This document shows positions 12,075-24,399 of a stretch of DNA of 64,000 bases, piece by piece (the stretch's first letter is position 1; the number at the start of each line of letters is the position of its first letter). Source of the stretch: Mustelus asterias (Eukaryota); contig NW_027590119.1 of assembly GCF_964213995.1 (NCBI RefSeq), forward strand, positions 186,001-250,000, in the 5' to 3' direction. The translations under genes and the position numbers were made by a program. Under the pieces are notes generated by a model. That model made no database searches and was not told where the DNA came from. It saw only the letters and a list, made by a program, of their open reading frames with translations.

Positions 12075-13220
12075 GGGTTTGATTTATTATTGTCACATGT
12101 ATTGGGATACAGTGAAAAGTATTGTTTCTTGCGCGGTATACAAAGCATACTGTTCATAGAGTACATAGGGGAGTAGGAAAGGAGAGAGTGCAGAATATAG
12201 TGTTACAGTTACAGAAAGGGTGAAGAGAAAGATCAGCTTAATATGAGGTAGGTTCATTCAAAAGGAGGAAGCTTTGGAGAGGGTACAGAAAAGATTTACC
12301 AGGATGTTGCCTGGTATGGAGGGCATTAGCTATGAAGAGAGGTTGGAGAAACTTGGTTTGTTCTCACTGGAACAACGGAGGTTGAGGGGCGACCTGATAG
12401 AAGTCTACAAGATTATGAGGGGCATGGACAGAGTGGATCGTCAGAAGCTTTTTCCCAGGGTTGAAGAGTCAATTACTCGGGGCACAAGTTTAAGGTGTGA
12501 GGGGCAAGGTTTAAAGGAGATGTACGAGGCAAGTTTTTTATACAGAGAGTAGTGGGTGCCTGGAACTCGCTGCCAGGGAAGGTAGTGGAAGCAGATATGA
12601 CAGTGACTTTTAAGAGGCATCTTGACAAATACACGAATAGGATGGGAATGGAGGGATATGGTTCCCGGAAGGGTAGGGGGTTTTAGTTCAGTCAGGCAGC
12701 ATGGTCGGTGCAGGCTTGAAAGGTCGAAGGGCCTGTTCCTGTGCTGTAATTTTCTTTGTTCTTTGTTTGTAAAAGTCTGACAGCAGCAGGGAAGAAGCTG
12801 TTCTTGAGTCGGTTGGTTTGTGACCTCAGACTTTGTATCTTTTTCCCGACAGAAGAAGATAGAAAAGAGAATGTCCAGGATAAGTGGGGTCCTTGATTAT
12901 GCTGGCTGCTTTTCTGAGGCAATAGGAAATGTAGACAGTGTCAATGGATAAGAGGCTGATTTGCGTGATGGACTGGGCTACATTCACACCCCTTGTCGTG
13001 TCCCTGTAAAAATTGGTGAGAGTCATAGTTGACATGTCGAATTTCCTTAGCCTCCTGAGAAAGTAGCGGCGTTGGTGGGCTTTCTTAACTAAAGCAGCAG
13101 TATAGAGGGACCAGGACAGGTTGTTGTGATCTGAGCACCTAGAAACTTGAGCTCTCAACCATTTCCACTTTGTCACCGTTGATGTAGACAGGGCATGTCT
13201 TCCACTACATTGCCTGAAAT
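12075..13220 (-). mobile_element. Rex/Babar-like LINE 3' end interrupted by a CR1 insert
   Basis: KKAHQRRYFLRRLRKFDMSTMTLTNFYR...IIKDPTYPGHSLF...RLKNSFFPAAVRLL. Confidence 0.7.
12262..12770 (+). mobile_element. CR1 3' end nested in the Rex-like element
   Basis: LERVQKRFTRMLPG...RRLRGDLIEVYK; tail ttctttgttctttg. Confidence 0.88.
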
Positions 13221-14071
13221 TTTGTATATATTCCAGTGATAGTTGGAAGAAGTCCATGCTGACTCTCTGTACATCAATCCACTCAGTCCCATTTCCCCTC
13301 CATAACTCTGTTCCTTTTTTAATTCCTTCACACCTATCTGATTTATTTTTCAAACCATTGATCATTTCTGATTCCATCATGCACAGAAGCAGTGAGGTCA
13401 GGTCGTGACCACTCGTGAATAAAATTGTTCCTCACATCTCCTTTCTAGTAATGTGGACATTGGCTAGCAGCCTGTATGAAGATTTTCAGGTCTCTTTGTA
13501 CTGGACAGGAGCATGGGTCTGTCAATCAGCCTGAATCAGCACCTTCAGGAGAATTGGGAGGGTGTGTATTAGGTACAGCAGTATGACAATGGGGGGGGAG
13601 AGTGTGTGGGATGGAGATTCACAACTTTCGGGAATGAGAGAGCAAAGAATATTCCATGGAAACTAGAATTGTCTGTTTTGAATTTCAGTCCTATACTTAC
13701 ACTGATAACTTCTATAAACAGGATATTAGAAGGAGAGAATTTACAGACTGAAATCTCGCACCAAACGTCACAACAAGATGTTACAAAGTCACATTGTGGA
13801 TTCATCAGGACCTGAATATAATTGCTGTTTGAATGTATGAGAAGAAATGTTTGTTCTGTCTGTGGGAAAAGATTTCAAACATCAGTGTGACTGGACAAGA
13901 ATGGAGACCCCACACACCTGAGTGAGAGTGTTCCAGTGAACTGACTGTGGAAAGAGCTTCAACCAGTAACACAGCCTGAAAAACATCACCCCATTCACAG
14001 CGAGGAGAAACTGTACATGTGTTCTGTACTTGGATGTGGAATCAACTCATTATCAAAAGGACACTGGCACC

Positions 14072-14914
14072 ATGGAGAGACCATGGAAGTGTGGGGACTG
14101 TGGGAAGGGATTCCAGTGCCCATCTGCACTGGACACACATCGACGAGTTCATACTGGGGAGAGGCCGTTCACCTGCTCCGTGTGTGGGAAGGGATTCAGT
14201 ATATCAACCACCCTGCTGAGACACCAGCGAGTTCACTCTGGGGAGAGGCCGTTCACCTGCTCTGTGTGTGAGAAAGGATTCACTCAGTTATCCAGCCTGC
14301 TGACACACCAGCGAGTTCACACCGGGGAGAGGCCTTTCGCCTGCTCAGACTGTGGTAAAGGATTCAGTGATCGTTCCACCCTGTGGAGGCACCGGCGAGT
14401 TCACTCTGGAGAGAGGCCGTTCACCTGCTGTGTGTGTGGGAAGGGATTCAGCCATTCATCCACCCTGCAGACACACCGCGTCACCCACACGAATGAGAGA
14501 CTGTTTAAATGCTCAGACTGTGGGCGCAGCTTCAAAAGCTCTCAGACCCTGATGGGCCACCAGCGCATTCACACTGAGGACAGACCGTTCAGCTGCTCTT
14601 ACTGCGTGAAGAGATTTAGAACATCATCCCAACTGCTAATACACCAGCGAGTTCACACTGGGGAGACACCCTTCACCTGCTCTGTGTGCGGGAAGGGTTT
14701 CAGTCATTCATCCACCCTGTTGGCACACCAGCGAGTTCACACTGGGGAGAGGCCATTCACTTGCTCTGACTGTGGGAAGGGATTCACTCAGATCTCCAAT
14801 CTGCTCACACACCAGCGAGTTCACACTGGGGAGAGGCCGTTCAGCTGCTCTGAGTGTGGGAATAGATTTAAACGGTCGTCTCACCTGCTAAGACACCAGC
14901 GAATTCACAAGTGA
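14072..14914 (+). CDS. C2H2 zinc-finger protein D, 10 fingers
   Basis: Intact ORF MERPWKC...HQRIHK*, followed by the family 3'UTR. Confidence 0.9.
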   Translation: MERPWKCGDCGKGFQCPSALDTHRRVHTGERPFTCSVCGKGFSISTTLLRHQRVHSGERPFTCSVCEKGFTQLSSLLTHQRVHTGERPFACSDCGKGFSDRSTLWRHRRVHSGERPFTCCVCGKGFSHSSTLQTHRVTHTNERLFKCSDCGRSFKSSQTLMGHQRIHTEDRPFSCSYCVKRFRTSSQLLIHQRVHTGETPFTCSVCGKGFSHSSTLLAHQRVHTGERPFTCSDCGKGFTQISNLLTHQRVHTGERPFSCSECGNRFKRSSHLLRHQRIHK

Positions 14915-16749
14915 TGACAGGGGTTGGATTCTGCTGTTCTTGCTGCTGTTAATCACATCCAGGACTGAACCATGTTCATTCTGACAGTTGGTGAAGTGGG
15001 AGGGTTGGAGGGTTTCTTTCTGCTGGACTGACCAACCTCACGGCTTTGCTGCAAGTGGGTCGATGCTGTTTGAATTTGAGAGTGCACATTTTACTGAGAT
15101 GATCCACAAACACGAGGTTGATCTAAAATAAACACATTTGTCTCTGTTCCATTGAGTCTACAGCACAGGGCCAGGCCAGTCGGCTCAATTGGTCTGTGTC
15201 AGTATTTATGCTCCACATGAGCCTCCACCCACCCCTCTTCATCTCCCCCCATCAGCATATCCTTCTATTCCTCTCTCCCTCATGTACGTATCTAGCTTCC
15301 CCTTCAATGTATTCATGCTGTTCACCTCAACCACTCACTGGTCACGAGTTCCACATTCGCGTCATCTTCCTCATCTCTGGAACCATTCTGGTAAATCTCC
15401 TCTCGACTCTCTCAAGGACCCTCACATCCTTCCTAAAGTGTGGTGACCAGAACTGGGCTCAGTATTCTGTTGTGGCCTCACCAGAGCTTTAGAAACTATC
15501 AGAATAACTTCCCTGCTTTTGTTCTCAATTCCCCGATTTCTGAAACCCAAGATCCAAAATGCTCCAAACAAGAATATCAGACCTTTTTGCTTAACATAAA
15601 AAGCATTTTAACAACATTCTTAAAATGGCGAAATAAGATTTTGTCCAATGAAGGAACGAGTTGTTGGCACAGAAAGAAGCCATTTTGAACTTGCTCTCTC
15701 CAAAAGAGAATCCAGAATGTTTGATTCTGGGAAGTGGAGTTAAAAATGAAGCTGCAGCTACAACAGAGCAAGAAGAAGACATTTCAATGTGGAATTAACT
15801 GGAATTTTCTCTCTGGATTTAAACAATGGAGAAACTACAAATATGGAAGAAAATAAATTTCAAAAGGTGAACTCTGAACAGACTGTTTTCAGAATTGGAA
15901 ATCCACAACTGAACAGCAATGAGGACTGTCCTCTTGCAGAAGAAACTATAATTAGTAAAAATTACTATAATTATTGTAAGAAGAAAACCGTCAGAAAAGA
16001 CTGCAAGCAGTAATTTCCATCTTCAGTGGACTGAGATTCCTGGACATGGAACCCAGCAGTGTGCTGTTACCAAGCTGGACTTGTGACTGTGAAGTGGACA
16101 ATGGGGGGATTATTATGTCTGTTGCAGGTTATAAGATAGATCAACATAGGAAAACAGTGGATTTAGGAACAGGAGGAGGCCATTTGGCCCTTCGAGCCTG
16201 CTCCACCATTCAATAAGATCATGGCTGTTGTTAAGATATACAGTATGTTTTACATTGTAATATTCTAATTGGGATATTATAGTGATACATTTTCATGTCT
16301 CCCAGGGAATATGTTGTGAAGATCTAGTTTAATAATTCATGTGTTTTAGAAATATTAATTTCAGATTTTTTTTTAAAATGAAACAACTGGAAAACCTGGA
16401 TTGAGAATCTGATAAAAACACCCTGAGGGAATTTGCAGTCACAAGGTGTGGCCCATGTTGGTTTGAGAAGTCAAAGCTAGAAGGGTAAGAACAAGTGTAA
16501 CACGGCAGCTGGGCTCTTTTAGCTGGAGACATTGGGTCTGACAATTTTTTTCCTGTCTTTGTTAGAGAGGGGAATTCTTCACGCAGACCTCAAGAAAAAA
16601 GGTTTGGTTCTGAAACTCAAAGTTAATTAATTTAAACATCTTTTGGACATCCCTACTGGTCTGTTACCATGGGGATAAGTGATTCAGGGTGGTCTTGGTT
16701 GGAATTCTGGGTGTTTTTCACAGAAAGCAGGCAGTCTGCAGTTAGCTTG

Positions 16750-17262
16750 GGAGCTGTGGGACCAGGAGCTGTGAACCAGCTGTGGGAGCGGGAGCTGTTA
16801 ACCAGCTGTGGGACCAGGAGCTGTGAACCAGCTGTGGGAGCGGGAGCTGTGAGCCAGCTGTGGGAGCGGGAGATGTGAACCAGCTGTGGGACCGGGAGCT
16901 GTGAACCAGCTGTGGGAGCGGGAGCTGTGAACCAGCTGTGGGAGCGGGAGCTGTGAACCAGCTGTGGGAGCGGGAGCTGTGAACCAGCTGTGGGAGCGGG
17001 AGCTGTGAACCAGCTGTGGGAGCGGGAGCTGTGAACCAGCTGTGGGAGCGGGAGCTGTGAACCAGCTGTGGGAGCGGGAGCTGTGAACCAGCTGTGGGAG
17101 CGGGAGCTGTGAACCAGCTGTGGGACCGGGAGCTGTGAACCAGCTGTGGGACCGGGAGCTGCGAACCAGCTGTGGGACCGGGAGCTGCGAACCAGCTGTG
17201 GGACCGGGAGCTGCGAACCAGCTGTGGGACCAGGAGCTGTGAACCAGCTGTGGGACCGGGAG
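16750..17262. repeat. 26-bp minisatellite, ~20 copies
   Basis: Unit gagctgtgaaccagctgtgggagcgg; period 26 read from 16925 to 16951. Confidence 0.95.
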
Positions 17263-18059
17263 CCGAGGAGGTCATTAGGAATCATGGGTGTTCCCAATGT
17301 TTAAATCCCCCAGCAACAAGGCAGTGAAGCCCATGCTTGGATCGAGGAGTCCATGTTTTGAGTCAATTTTGAAATCACAAAGAAAAGTTGGAGAGTTGTT
17401 TAGCCGAAAGCTAATAGAAGGATCCTCATGAAATCTTGGAGCCTGGAGAATCGCTGGAATACTGAGGAGAATTAAAGTAAATTCTGGGAGCTTTGACATA
17501 CCTTTGGGATTTGTCCCAGGAACAGAAGTGAATGCACATTCAAGATATTAAGTATAAGGGCACTCTTGTCAAGGAGTAAGGGTTTAAAAAGTACAAAAAA
17601 GGAAAAATGCTGCAAAACCTCAGCAGGTCTGGCAGCATCTGTAGAGAGTGAAAACGGAGTTCATGTTTTGAGTCAGAACTGAGTTTACAGAATAAATCTT
17701 TACAAAATATAATTCATCGAGCTGGTTTTTAATATTCTGTTTATATTCAGTGAAGTTTGATTTTGTTTAAAAACCTGGAATCTTGTGATGGGTGTTTGGA
17801 TTTCTCACTGAACGTTAATGTTCTCGACCCGAATTATAACAACACACAATATTTCAAAACTATTTGAAAAATATAACCATGATGGTCTTTATTTTGTACA
17901 TTATAAGACACCCCTCATCAAAGATCTACAATTTCTTAGCTCGAGCACTAGTGAAACAATAAATAAATAAAAATTGTACTAATTGTCATCCTTTCTGAAT
18001 CAGGAGGACTATCCCCAGCACAGAGGGTCATTTGGAATTTTTCGCACAGACCAATTAAC

Positions 18060-18600
18060 AGGGATTATACTCTCCAACCATCTCTGAAGTTAATTCTTTA
18101 CATGAATCGTCCAGGCCAGTGCAGTTATCAACTTGCAGTTTGGCTGATCAGCTGAGATTTTCTGCAGCATTTCATCGATCACCGAGTGATTCCTTTCACA
18201 GAGTCCATCACTGAAAGGACTTTCAGCTGCCGTGTTCCTGACCAGAATGTTGATGTGTTCACACACGTCTCCAAACTCATCATTCAGAAACTGAGCTGGT
18301 GCCACAGCTCCAGCCCCAAGGGCCAAGGGAAGGTTCACTGTTGGGATGTGATGGCATCCTCCAATAATTTTTATACATTGTACACTTTGCACTGGTCTCT
18401 TGTATGAGTCTCAGATACTCTTCATCAACTGCTCCTGCATCTTGAAGCAGGACTTTTAATCTTTGGCAAGTAGTGTGAACAAATTGTCTGTGTAGTTTTA
18501 ATATAATTTGCATCTTTCCCTCCTGATTTTTATCAAAGCTATCATTATTCCTTCTCAAACATTCAGATTGGAAACGTCAGGTATTTTTAAGCATTCTCTG
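18060..18600 (-). mobile_element. Copia-type (GalEa-like) integrase remnant
   Basis: KLHRQFVH..C.RLKVLLQDAG and TAAESPFSDGLCERNH motifs; clade assignment from memory. Confidence 0.6.
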
Positions 18601-18611
18601 TTACCACGTTC

Positions 18612-18940
18612 ATAGAAATCATAGAAACCCTACAGTGCAGAAGGAGGCCATTCGGCCCATCGAGTCTGCACCGACTACAATCCCACCCAGGCCCTACCCC
18701 CACATATTTACCCACTAATCTACGCATCCCAGGATTCTAAGGGGCAATTTTTAACCTGGCCAATCAACCTAACCTGCACATCTTTGGATGTGGGAGGAAA
18801 CCGGAGCACCCGGAGGAAACCCACGCAGTCACGAGGAGAATGTGCAAACTCCACACAGACAGTGACCCGAGCTGGGAATCGAACCCGGGACCTTGGAGCT
18901 GTGAAGCAGCAGTGCTAACCACTGTGCTACCGTGCCGCCC
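18612..18940 (-). mobile_element. HE1-like SINE, full length
   Basis: tRNA-like head plus CR1-type 3' tail (ttctatg repeats). Confidence 0.88.
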
Positions 18941-19190
18941 TGACCGCCTTATGGTGGAGGAGGAAACTGGTTACAATCTTTACTTGGTATAGATTTATTC
19001 ACAGAGTGAAACATTACAGGTATATAACTCCTAATACCATTCCATGCTCTGTCAGTAAGTGTCTATATGTGCTCATGTAAACATCTCATCAATGTCCACT
19101 GCTTGTATATATTTAACCCCAAATTATACAATTAACACCCACAGTCAGAGTATTTAAAAGGTCTCTAATCGGTGTGACTGCCATAATGTC

Positions 19191-20264
19191 TCAGCAGGTT
19201 GGATGACTCAGTGAATCCTTTCCCACACTCAGAGCAGGTGAACAGCCTCTCTCCTCCGTGTGAACTTGCTTGTGTTTCCGCAGGCTGGAAGGATCAGCAA
19301 ATCCCTTCCCACATTCAGAGCAGGTGAAAGGCTTCTCCCCAGTGTGAACTCGACGGTGTGCGCGCAGACTGGACGACTCAGTGAATCCCTTCCCACACAC
19401 ACAGCAGATGAATGGCCTCTCCCCGGTGTGAACTCGCCGGTGTTTCCAGAGGCTGGAGGAATCAGTGAATCCCTTCCCACACTCAGTGCAACTGAACGGT
19501 CTTTCTCCAGAGTGAATTCGCTGGTATGTCAGCAGACTAGTGGACCGAGTAAATCCCTTCCCACACACGGAGCAGGTGAATGACCTCTCCCCAGTGTGAA
19601 CTGCCTGGTGGTTCTGCAGGGTAGATGATGCACTGAATCCCTTCCCACAAACAGTGCAGGTGAACGGCCTCTCCCCGGTGTGGACTCGTTGATGCATCAG
19701 CAGGTGGGATGACCGAGTGAATCCTTTCCCACAGATTGAGCAGGTGAATGGTCTCTCCCCAGTGTGAACTCGCTCGTGCTTCCGCAGGCTGGATGAATCA
19801 CTGAATCTCTTCCCACACACAGAGCAGGAGAAAGGCCTCTCCCCGGTGTGAATTTGCTTGTGCTTCCGCAGGCTGGATAAATCGCTGAATCTCTTCTCAC
19901 ACACAGAGCAGGAGAATGGCCTCTCCCCAGTGTGAACCCGCTTGTGTGTCAGAAAGTTGGATGAATGAGTGAATCCCTTCCCACACTCGGAGCAGGTGAA
20001 TGGCCTCTCTCCAGTGTGAATCCGCCAATGAATCTCTAGCACTGATAAGGATTTGAATCCCTTCCCACAGTCAGAACAGGAGAATGGCCTTTCCTCAGTG
20101 TGAACCCGTTTGTGTTTCAATAAGTTGGATGAATTACTGAATCCCCTCCCACATTTGAAACAGATGAATGGTTTCTCCCCTGTGTGACTGCGTTGATGAA
20201 TCTCCAGCTCTGATGGGTATCTGAATTTCTTCCCACAGTCCCCACATTTCCACAGTTTCTCCAT
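19191..20264 (-). CDS. C2H2 zinc-finger protein E, 12 fingers then a frameshifted 13th
   Basis: 357-aa ORF starting MEKLWKC. Confidence 0.88.
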   Translation of the reverse strand: MEKLWKCGDCGKKFRYPSELEIHQRSHTGEKPFICFKCGRGFSNSSNLLKHKRVHTEERPFSCSDCGKGFKSLSVLEIHWRIHTGERPFTCSECGKGFTHSSNFLTHKRVHTGERPFSCSVCEKRFSDLSSLRKHKQIHTGERPFSCSVCGKRFSDSSSLRKHERVHTGERPFTCSICGKGFTRSSHLLMHQRVHTGERPFTCTVCGKGFSASSTLQNHQAVHTGERSFTCSVCGKGFTRSTSLLTYQRIHSGERPFSCTECGKGFTDSSSLWKHRRVHTGERPFICCVCGKGFTESSSLRAHRRVHTGEKPFTCSECGKGFADPSSLRKHKQVHTEERGCSPALSVGKDSLSHPTC

Positions 20265-20799
20265 GACGCAGGTGTCCTTGTGTCTCTCCAGGTTCGATGA
20301 TCAGTTGAAGCCTCGTTCACACACACGCAACACGTGTACTGTTTCTCCTCACTATGAATGGTGTGATATTCTTTCAGGCTGTGTAACTGGTTAAAGCTCT
20401 TTCCAGAGTCAGTTCACTGAAGCACTCACTCGGCTGTGTGTGTGTGTGTCTCGGTGCTTTTCCAGTTACGCCATTGCTTAATATCTTTTGGGATTTATGT
20501 CTGCAAATCGCCTCCTAATATTCTGTAAAAGAAGTTCATGAAAGTTGTCACTTGGTGCAGAATAGAAATTCAAAACCAAAAATTCTAGTTTCTATGGAAT
20601 CTTCTTTCCTCTATAATTCCTCAAAAATCCACCCAGACACATTGGCTGAAATTTTACTGGCACGTCTGCCTCGGAATTGGGGCAGGTGAGATTTGCAGAA
20701 TGGCATTCTCCGACGGGATCCTACGAGCCTCGGGTTGGCGTGCTGGTAAAATTCCAGCAATTCTCGCCATTTTCATTCTGTCCCAAATATCAGCCAAAC

Positions 20800-21570
20800 A
20801 ATGTGGATGTGGAAGTGTTGGAAAGGGTGCAGAGGAGATTTACCAGGATGTTGCCTGGTATGGTGGGAAAATCGTATGAGGAAAGGCTGAGGGGCTTGAG
20901 GTTGATTTCGTTAGAGAGAAGAAGGTTAAGAGGTGACTTAATAGAGGCATACAAGATGATCAGAGGATTAGATAGGGTGGATAGTGAGAGCCTTTTTCCT
21001 CGGATGGTGTTGGCTAGCACGAGGGGACATAGCTTTAAATTGAGGGGTGAGAGATATAGAACCATAGAAAATTACAGCTCAGAAACAGGCCTTTTGGCCC
21101 TTCTTGTCTGTGCCGAACCATTTTATGCCGAGTCCCACTGACCTGCACTTGGACCATATCCCTCCACACCCCTCTCATCCATGAACCCGTCCAAGTTTTT
21201 CTTAAATGTTAAAAGTGACCCCGCATTTACCACTTTATCCGGCAGCTCATTCCACACTCCCACCACTCTCTGCTTGAAGAAGCCCCCCCTAATATTCCCT
21301 TTAAACTTTTCTCCTTTCACCCTTAACCCATGCCCTCTGATAGGACAGATGTTAGAGGTAGGTTCTTTACTCAGAGAGTAGTAAGGGCGTGGAATGCCCT
21401 GCCTGCAGCAGTGGTGGACTCATCAACATTGAGAGCGTTCAAGTGGTTTTTGGATAAACATATGGATGATATTGGAATAGTGTAGATTAGAGGGGCTTTA
21501 GATTGGTACCGCTGGTCGGCGCAACATCGAGGGCCGAAGGGCCTGTACTGCGCTGTAATGTTCTATGTTC
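20800..21570 (+). mobile_element. CR1 3' end with an opposite-strand CR1 tail nested at ~21060-21340
   Basis: LERVQRRFTRMLPG; nested KGNIRGGFFKQRVVGVWN on the minus strand. Confidence 0.85.
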
Positions 21571-21837
21571 TAATTATAAGAACTTAAGAACTAGGAGCAG
21601 GAGTAGGCCACTGAACCTCTCGAGCTGCTCTGCCATTCAATAAGATCATGGCTGATCTTTTCATGGACTTAGCTCCACTTACCCACCCGCTCACCATAAC
21701 CCTTAATTCATTTACTGTTTTTAAAAAATGATAGTGAAGGAATGATTCATTCTAATCGACAGCTTCAAATATACGTGAAAATCTTAACACGCAGTCTGCT
21801 GAAATATATATTATATCTCATGTGAATAAATATAACT

Positions 21838-22030
21838 GGGTTAAAGTCCAACAGCTTTGTTTGGTATCATGAACTTTCGGAGCACTGCTTCTTCATCAGG
21901 TGAGACACATGATGAAGGAGCAGCGCTCCGAAAACTGGTGATTCCAAATGAACCTGTTGGATTTTAATCTGGTGTGGTGAGACTTCTTACTGTGCACACC
22001 CCAGTCCAACACCAGCATCTCCACATCATG
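21838..22030. mobile_element. Short inverted pair of Penelope-like ends, each with a hammerhead motif
   Basis: ctttcggagcactgcttcttcatcaggtg (minus) next to tgatgaaggagcagcgctccgaaa (plus). Confidence 0.75.
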
Positions 22031-22559
22031 TATATAACTGGATGAAAAATGTGTGCTCTACCATACTCTATTTTTTAATTAGCAATACAGCAGCAGGGGA
22101 CATTATTTAGAAAGTGAGTGGTCATAATCTGCCTCTCTGCCTAAGACGATCGTGGAAGCAGTGGTAACTTATTTCAAAATGAAACAGGTGGGTATTTGAA
22201 GCAAATAAACTTCCACAAGTACAGTTATTTAGGGAGGAATGGAGCTGACTAGATTGCTCGATGAAGCATTGAGAAGGACTGGAATTGCTGAATCTTTTCG
22301 CAAGGGCCCTAAAGATATCAGTACTATATTAAAATGTAGAAATAACAGTAAACATTTTTACAGAACCAGAAATAATATGTCTAATATGTACCACAACAAC
22401 ACCAGATATATCTGTGTGCTATATTAATTTACTGTCCCCTTAAATGTCAGCCATCCACTGGGGAAACCACCCCTTTAATTGTGAACATTAGGAAAGAGAA
22501 CATCCCAGGAGCCAGACAAATAAATGTGTCAAGCTGAAAGAGCAAAGGATGTCAATGTC

Positions 22560-23700
22560 TTTAAGACGGAGAGAGACCTGGGCCAACCTTTCCAGAGTCT
22601 GCAGCCTCCCTGGATTCACTTCCTTTCCCTTCAGTTGCTGCAAGTCCCCAATTTCCCCCAGAATGAGAAAAGAAATGGAAAGTGTTTTACTCACAGATGT
22701 TGGCCAGGGGAGAAATTTGTAATGTGTGAAGCTCAATCTTCAGAAAGAGGGAAGCAGCCGCTTGACCAGCTCCACGTTCAGACAATCAGGATGACCCGCG
22801 CAGCCATTGGCACAAAACCCGCCACTGATTGGCTGGATGATCAGATTTCTTCCGGTCCTCCAGCTCTTCCCATTGGTCAATGAAGACAATAGGCAGCGAA
22901 ACCCGAGCCCACGTGGGGCCGGAGACACTTTGACCTCCGAACGCGTGGAGCTGTTGTCCAATCCGCAATGTTGTCTTTTTCCTCCAATGGGAGACTGAGC
23001 GTTGGGAAAGTCTACGCTAGAATCAGCCAATAGGAATCAGTCTGCTCTGCCATGACGTCGTGGGGTTCCAGTGCGCAGGCCCAGGCGCGCGGACACGCCC
23101 CCTCCCATTGTTCCACCTCCCATTGTTTCCCCTCCCCCTGTGCCTCCTCGAGCCAAGGTTTCCAGGCAACCGGCTCCGGCCAGAGGGAGAAGCCGCTCGG
23201 TGATCTCCCCCTCCCCCCTCTCTCTCTCCGGCGGCTGCTGCTTCAAAAAGAGATCGAGAGCGACCGCTGGCGGCAGCCGCACTGCGCCTGCTCCGGACAG
23301 CTCGGCTCAGCAGCGCTCTCTGCGCCTGCTCCGGACAGCTCGGCTCAGCAGCGCTCTCTGCGCCTGCGCGCTGGGCTGCCAGCTGAGGGAGTGGGGGAGG
23401 GGACTTTGCAAAATCTCTTCCCATCATTTTCTTCCAAGTCCCGCAGTTTGATTTGAAACAGAACAGCTTCTGTTTGTAGCTTCACCACAGACTCAAACTT
23501 CACACACAGACTCAAACTTCACCACAGACTCAAACTTCACCACAGACTCCAACTTCACCACAGACTCAAACTTCACACACAGACTCAAACTTCACACACA
23601 GACTCAAACTTCACCACAGACTCCAACTTCACCACAGACTCAAACTTCATCCTCTGGACAACATCTGTGAGGAAAACACTTTCTTTCCCCCCCTGGGAAA
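22560..23700. promoter_or_regulatory. Bidirectional CpG promoter and first exons of pair E/F
   Basis: Donor modules at ~22690 (minus) and ~23667 (plus); CCAAT pair 22825-22880; 23030-23210 homologous to 45590-45780. Confidence 0.65.
23483..23650. repeat. 19-20-bp tandem repeat, ~9 copies
   Basis: cacagactcaaacttcac units. Confidence 0.9.
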
Positions 23701-24399
23701 TACAGAGACAGAGAAATTCTCTGGAACTGGAATTAGAGACAAATATACTGAGGGGGAAATGTTTGTGATTTTGTGAAACCTGTTTTATTGTCTGAGATAT
23801 TTAAAGACAAATTTACCCTGTCTATTCAAATACTGTTTGTCTGTTAATGCATGATTCATTGATGTTGATTTTAATTTGATTATTGCAAGATTTATTAGAA
23901 GGTGAAATCTTTCTCTTTGCTTTATTCCATTGGGTTTGTCTGGGAATGTTAATTTTAAGGTTATTGTACTCATAAGGATCGTAACAACATTGATACATCT
24001 GGAGTTATTATAAGAACATAAGAACTAGGAGCAGGAGTGGGCCATCTGGCCCCTCGAGCCTGCTCCGCCATTCAATAAGATCGTGGCTGATTTTTTTTGT
24101 GGACTTAGCTCCACTTACCCGCCCGCTCCCCATAACCCTTAATTCCTTGACCATTCAAAAATTTATCTATCCTTGCCTTAAAAGCATTCAATGAGGTAGC
24201 CTCAACTGCTTCACTGGGCAGGGAATTACACAGATTCACAACCCTTTGTGTGAAGAAGTTCCTCCTCAACTCAGTTGAGTGATAGAAGATCAGCCCTTAT
24301 TCTTCGAAACTTTGAGAGAATAGAGGCCCAGTCTCCTCCTAGGAAACTCCCATCCTTCCAGGGATTTGTCGAATGAACCCTTGCTCCACTCCCTCTATT

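Noticed and set aside
13930-13945. TGA at a Cys position in a leader finger (possible selenocysteine or readthrough)
   Set aside because: Other copies have TGC or TCC, and neighbouring stops and frameshifts indicate decay.
14911-14985. Box C/D snoRNA-like TGATGA...CTGA starting at the stop codon
   Set aside because: Box C is not conserved across paralogs (TGATGG, TGATTG, TGATTC), the site is exonic and no terminal stem is evident.
15500-16100. Short ORFs shared with 27700-28234 (MELTGIFSLDL...)
   Set aside because: Similarity follows from the direct duplication; frames differ by indels and no domain is recognisable.
16750-17262. CRISPR-like appearance of this and the 23483 and 45351 arrays
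   Set aside because: Units are contiguous with no unique spacers, there are no cas genes, and the DNA is vertebrate.
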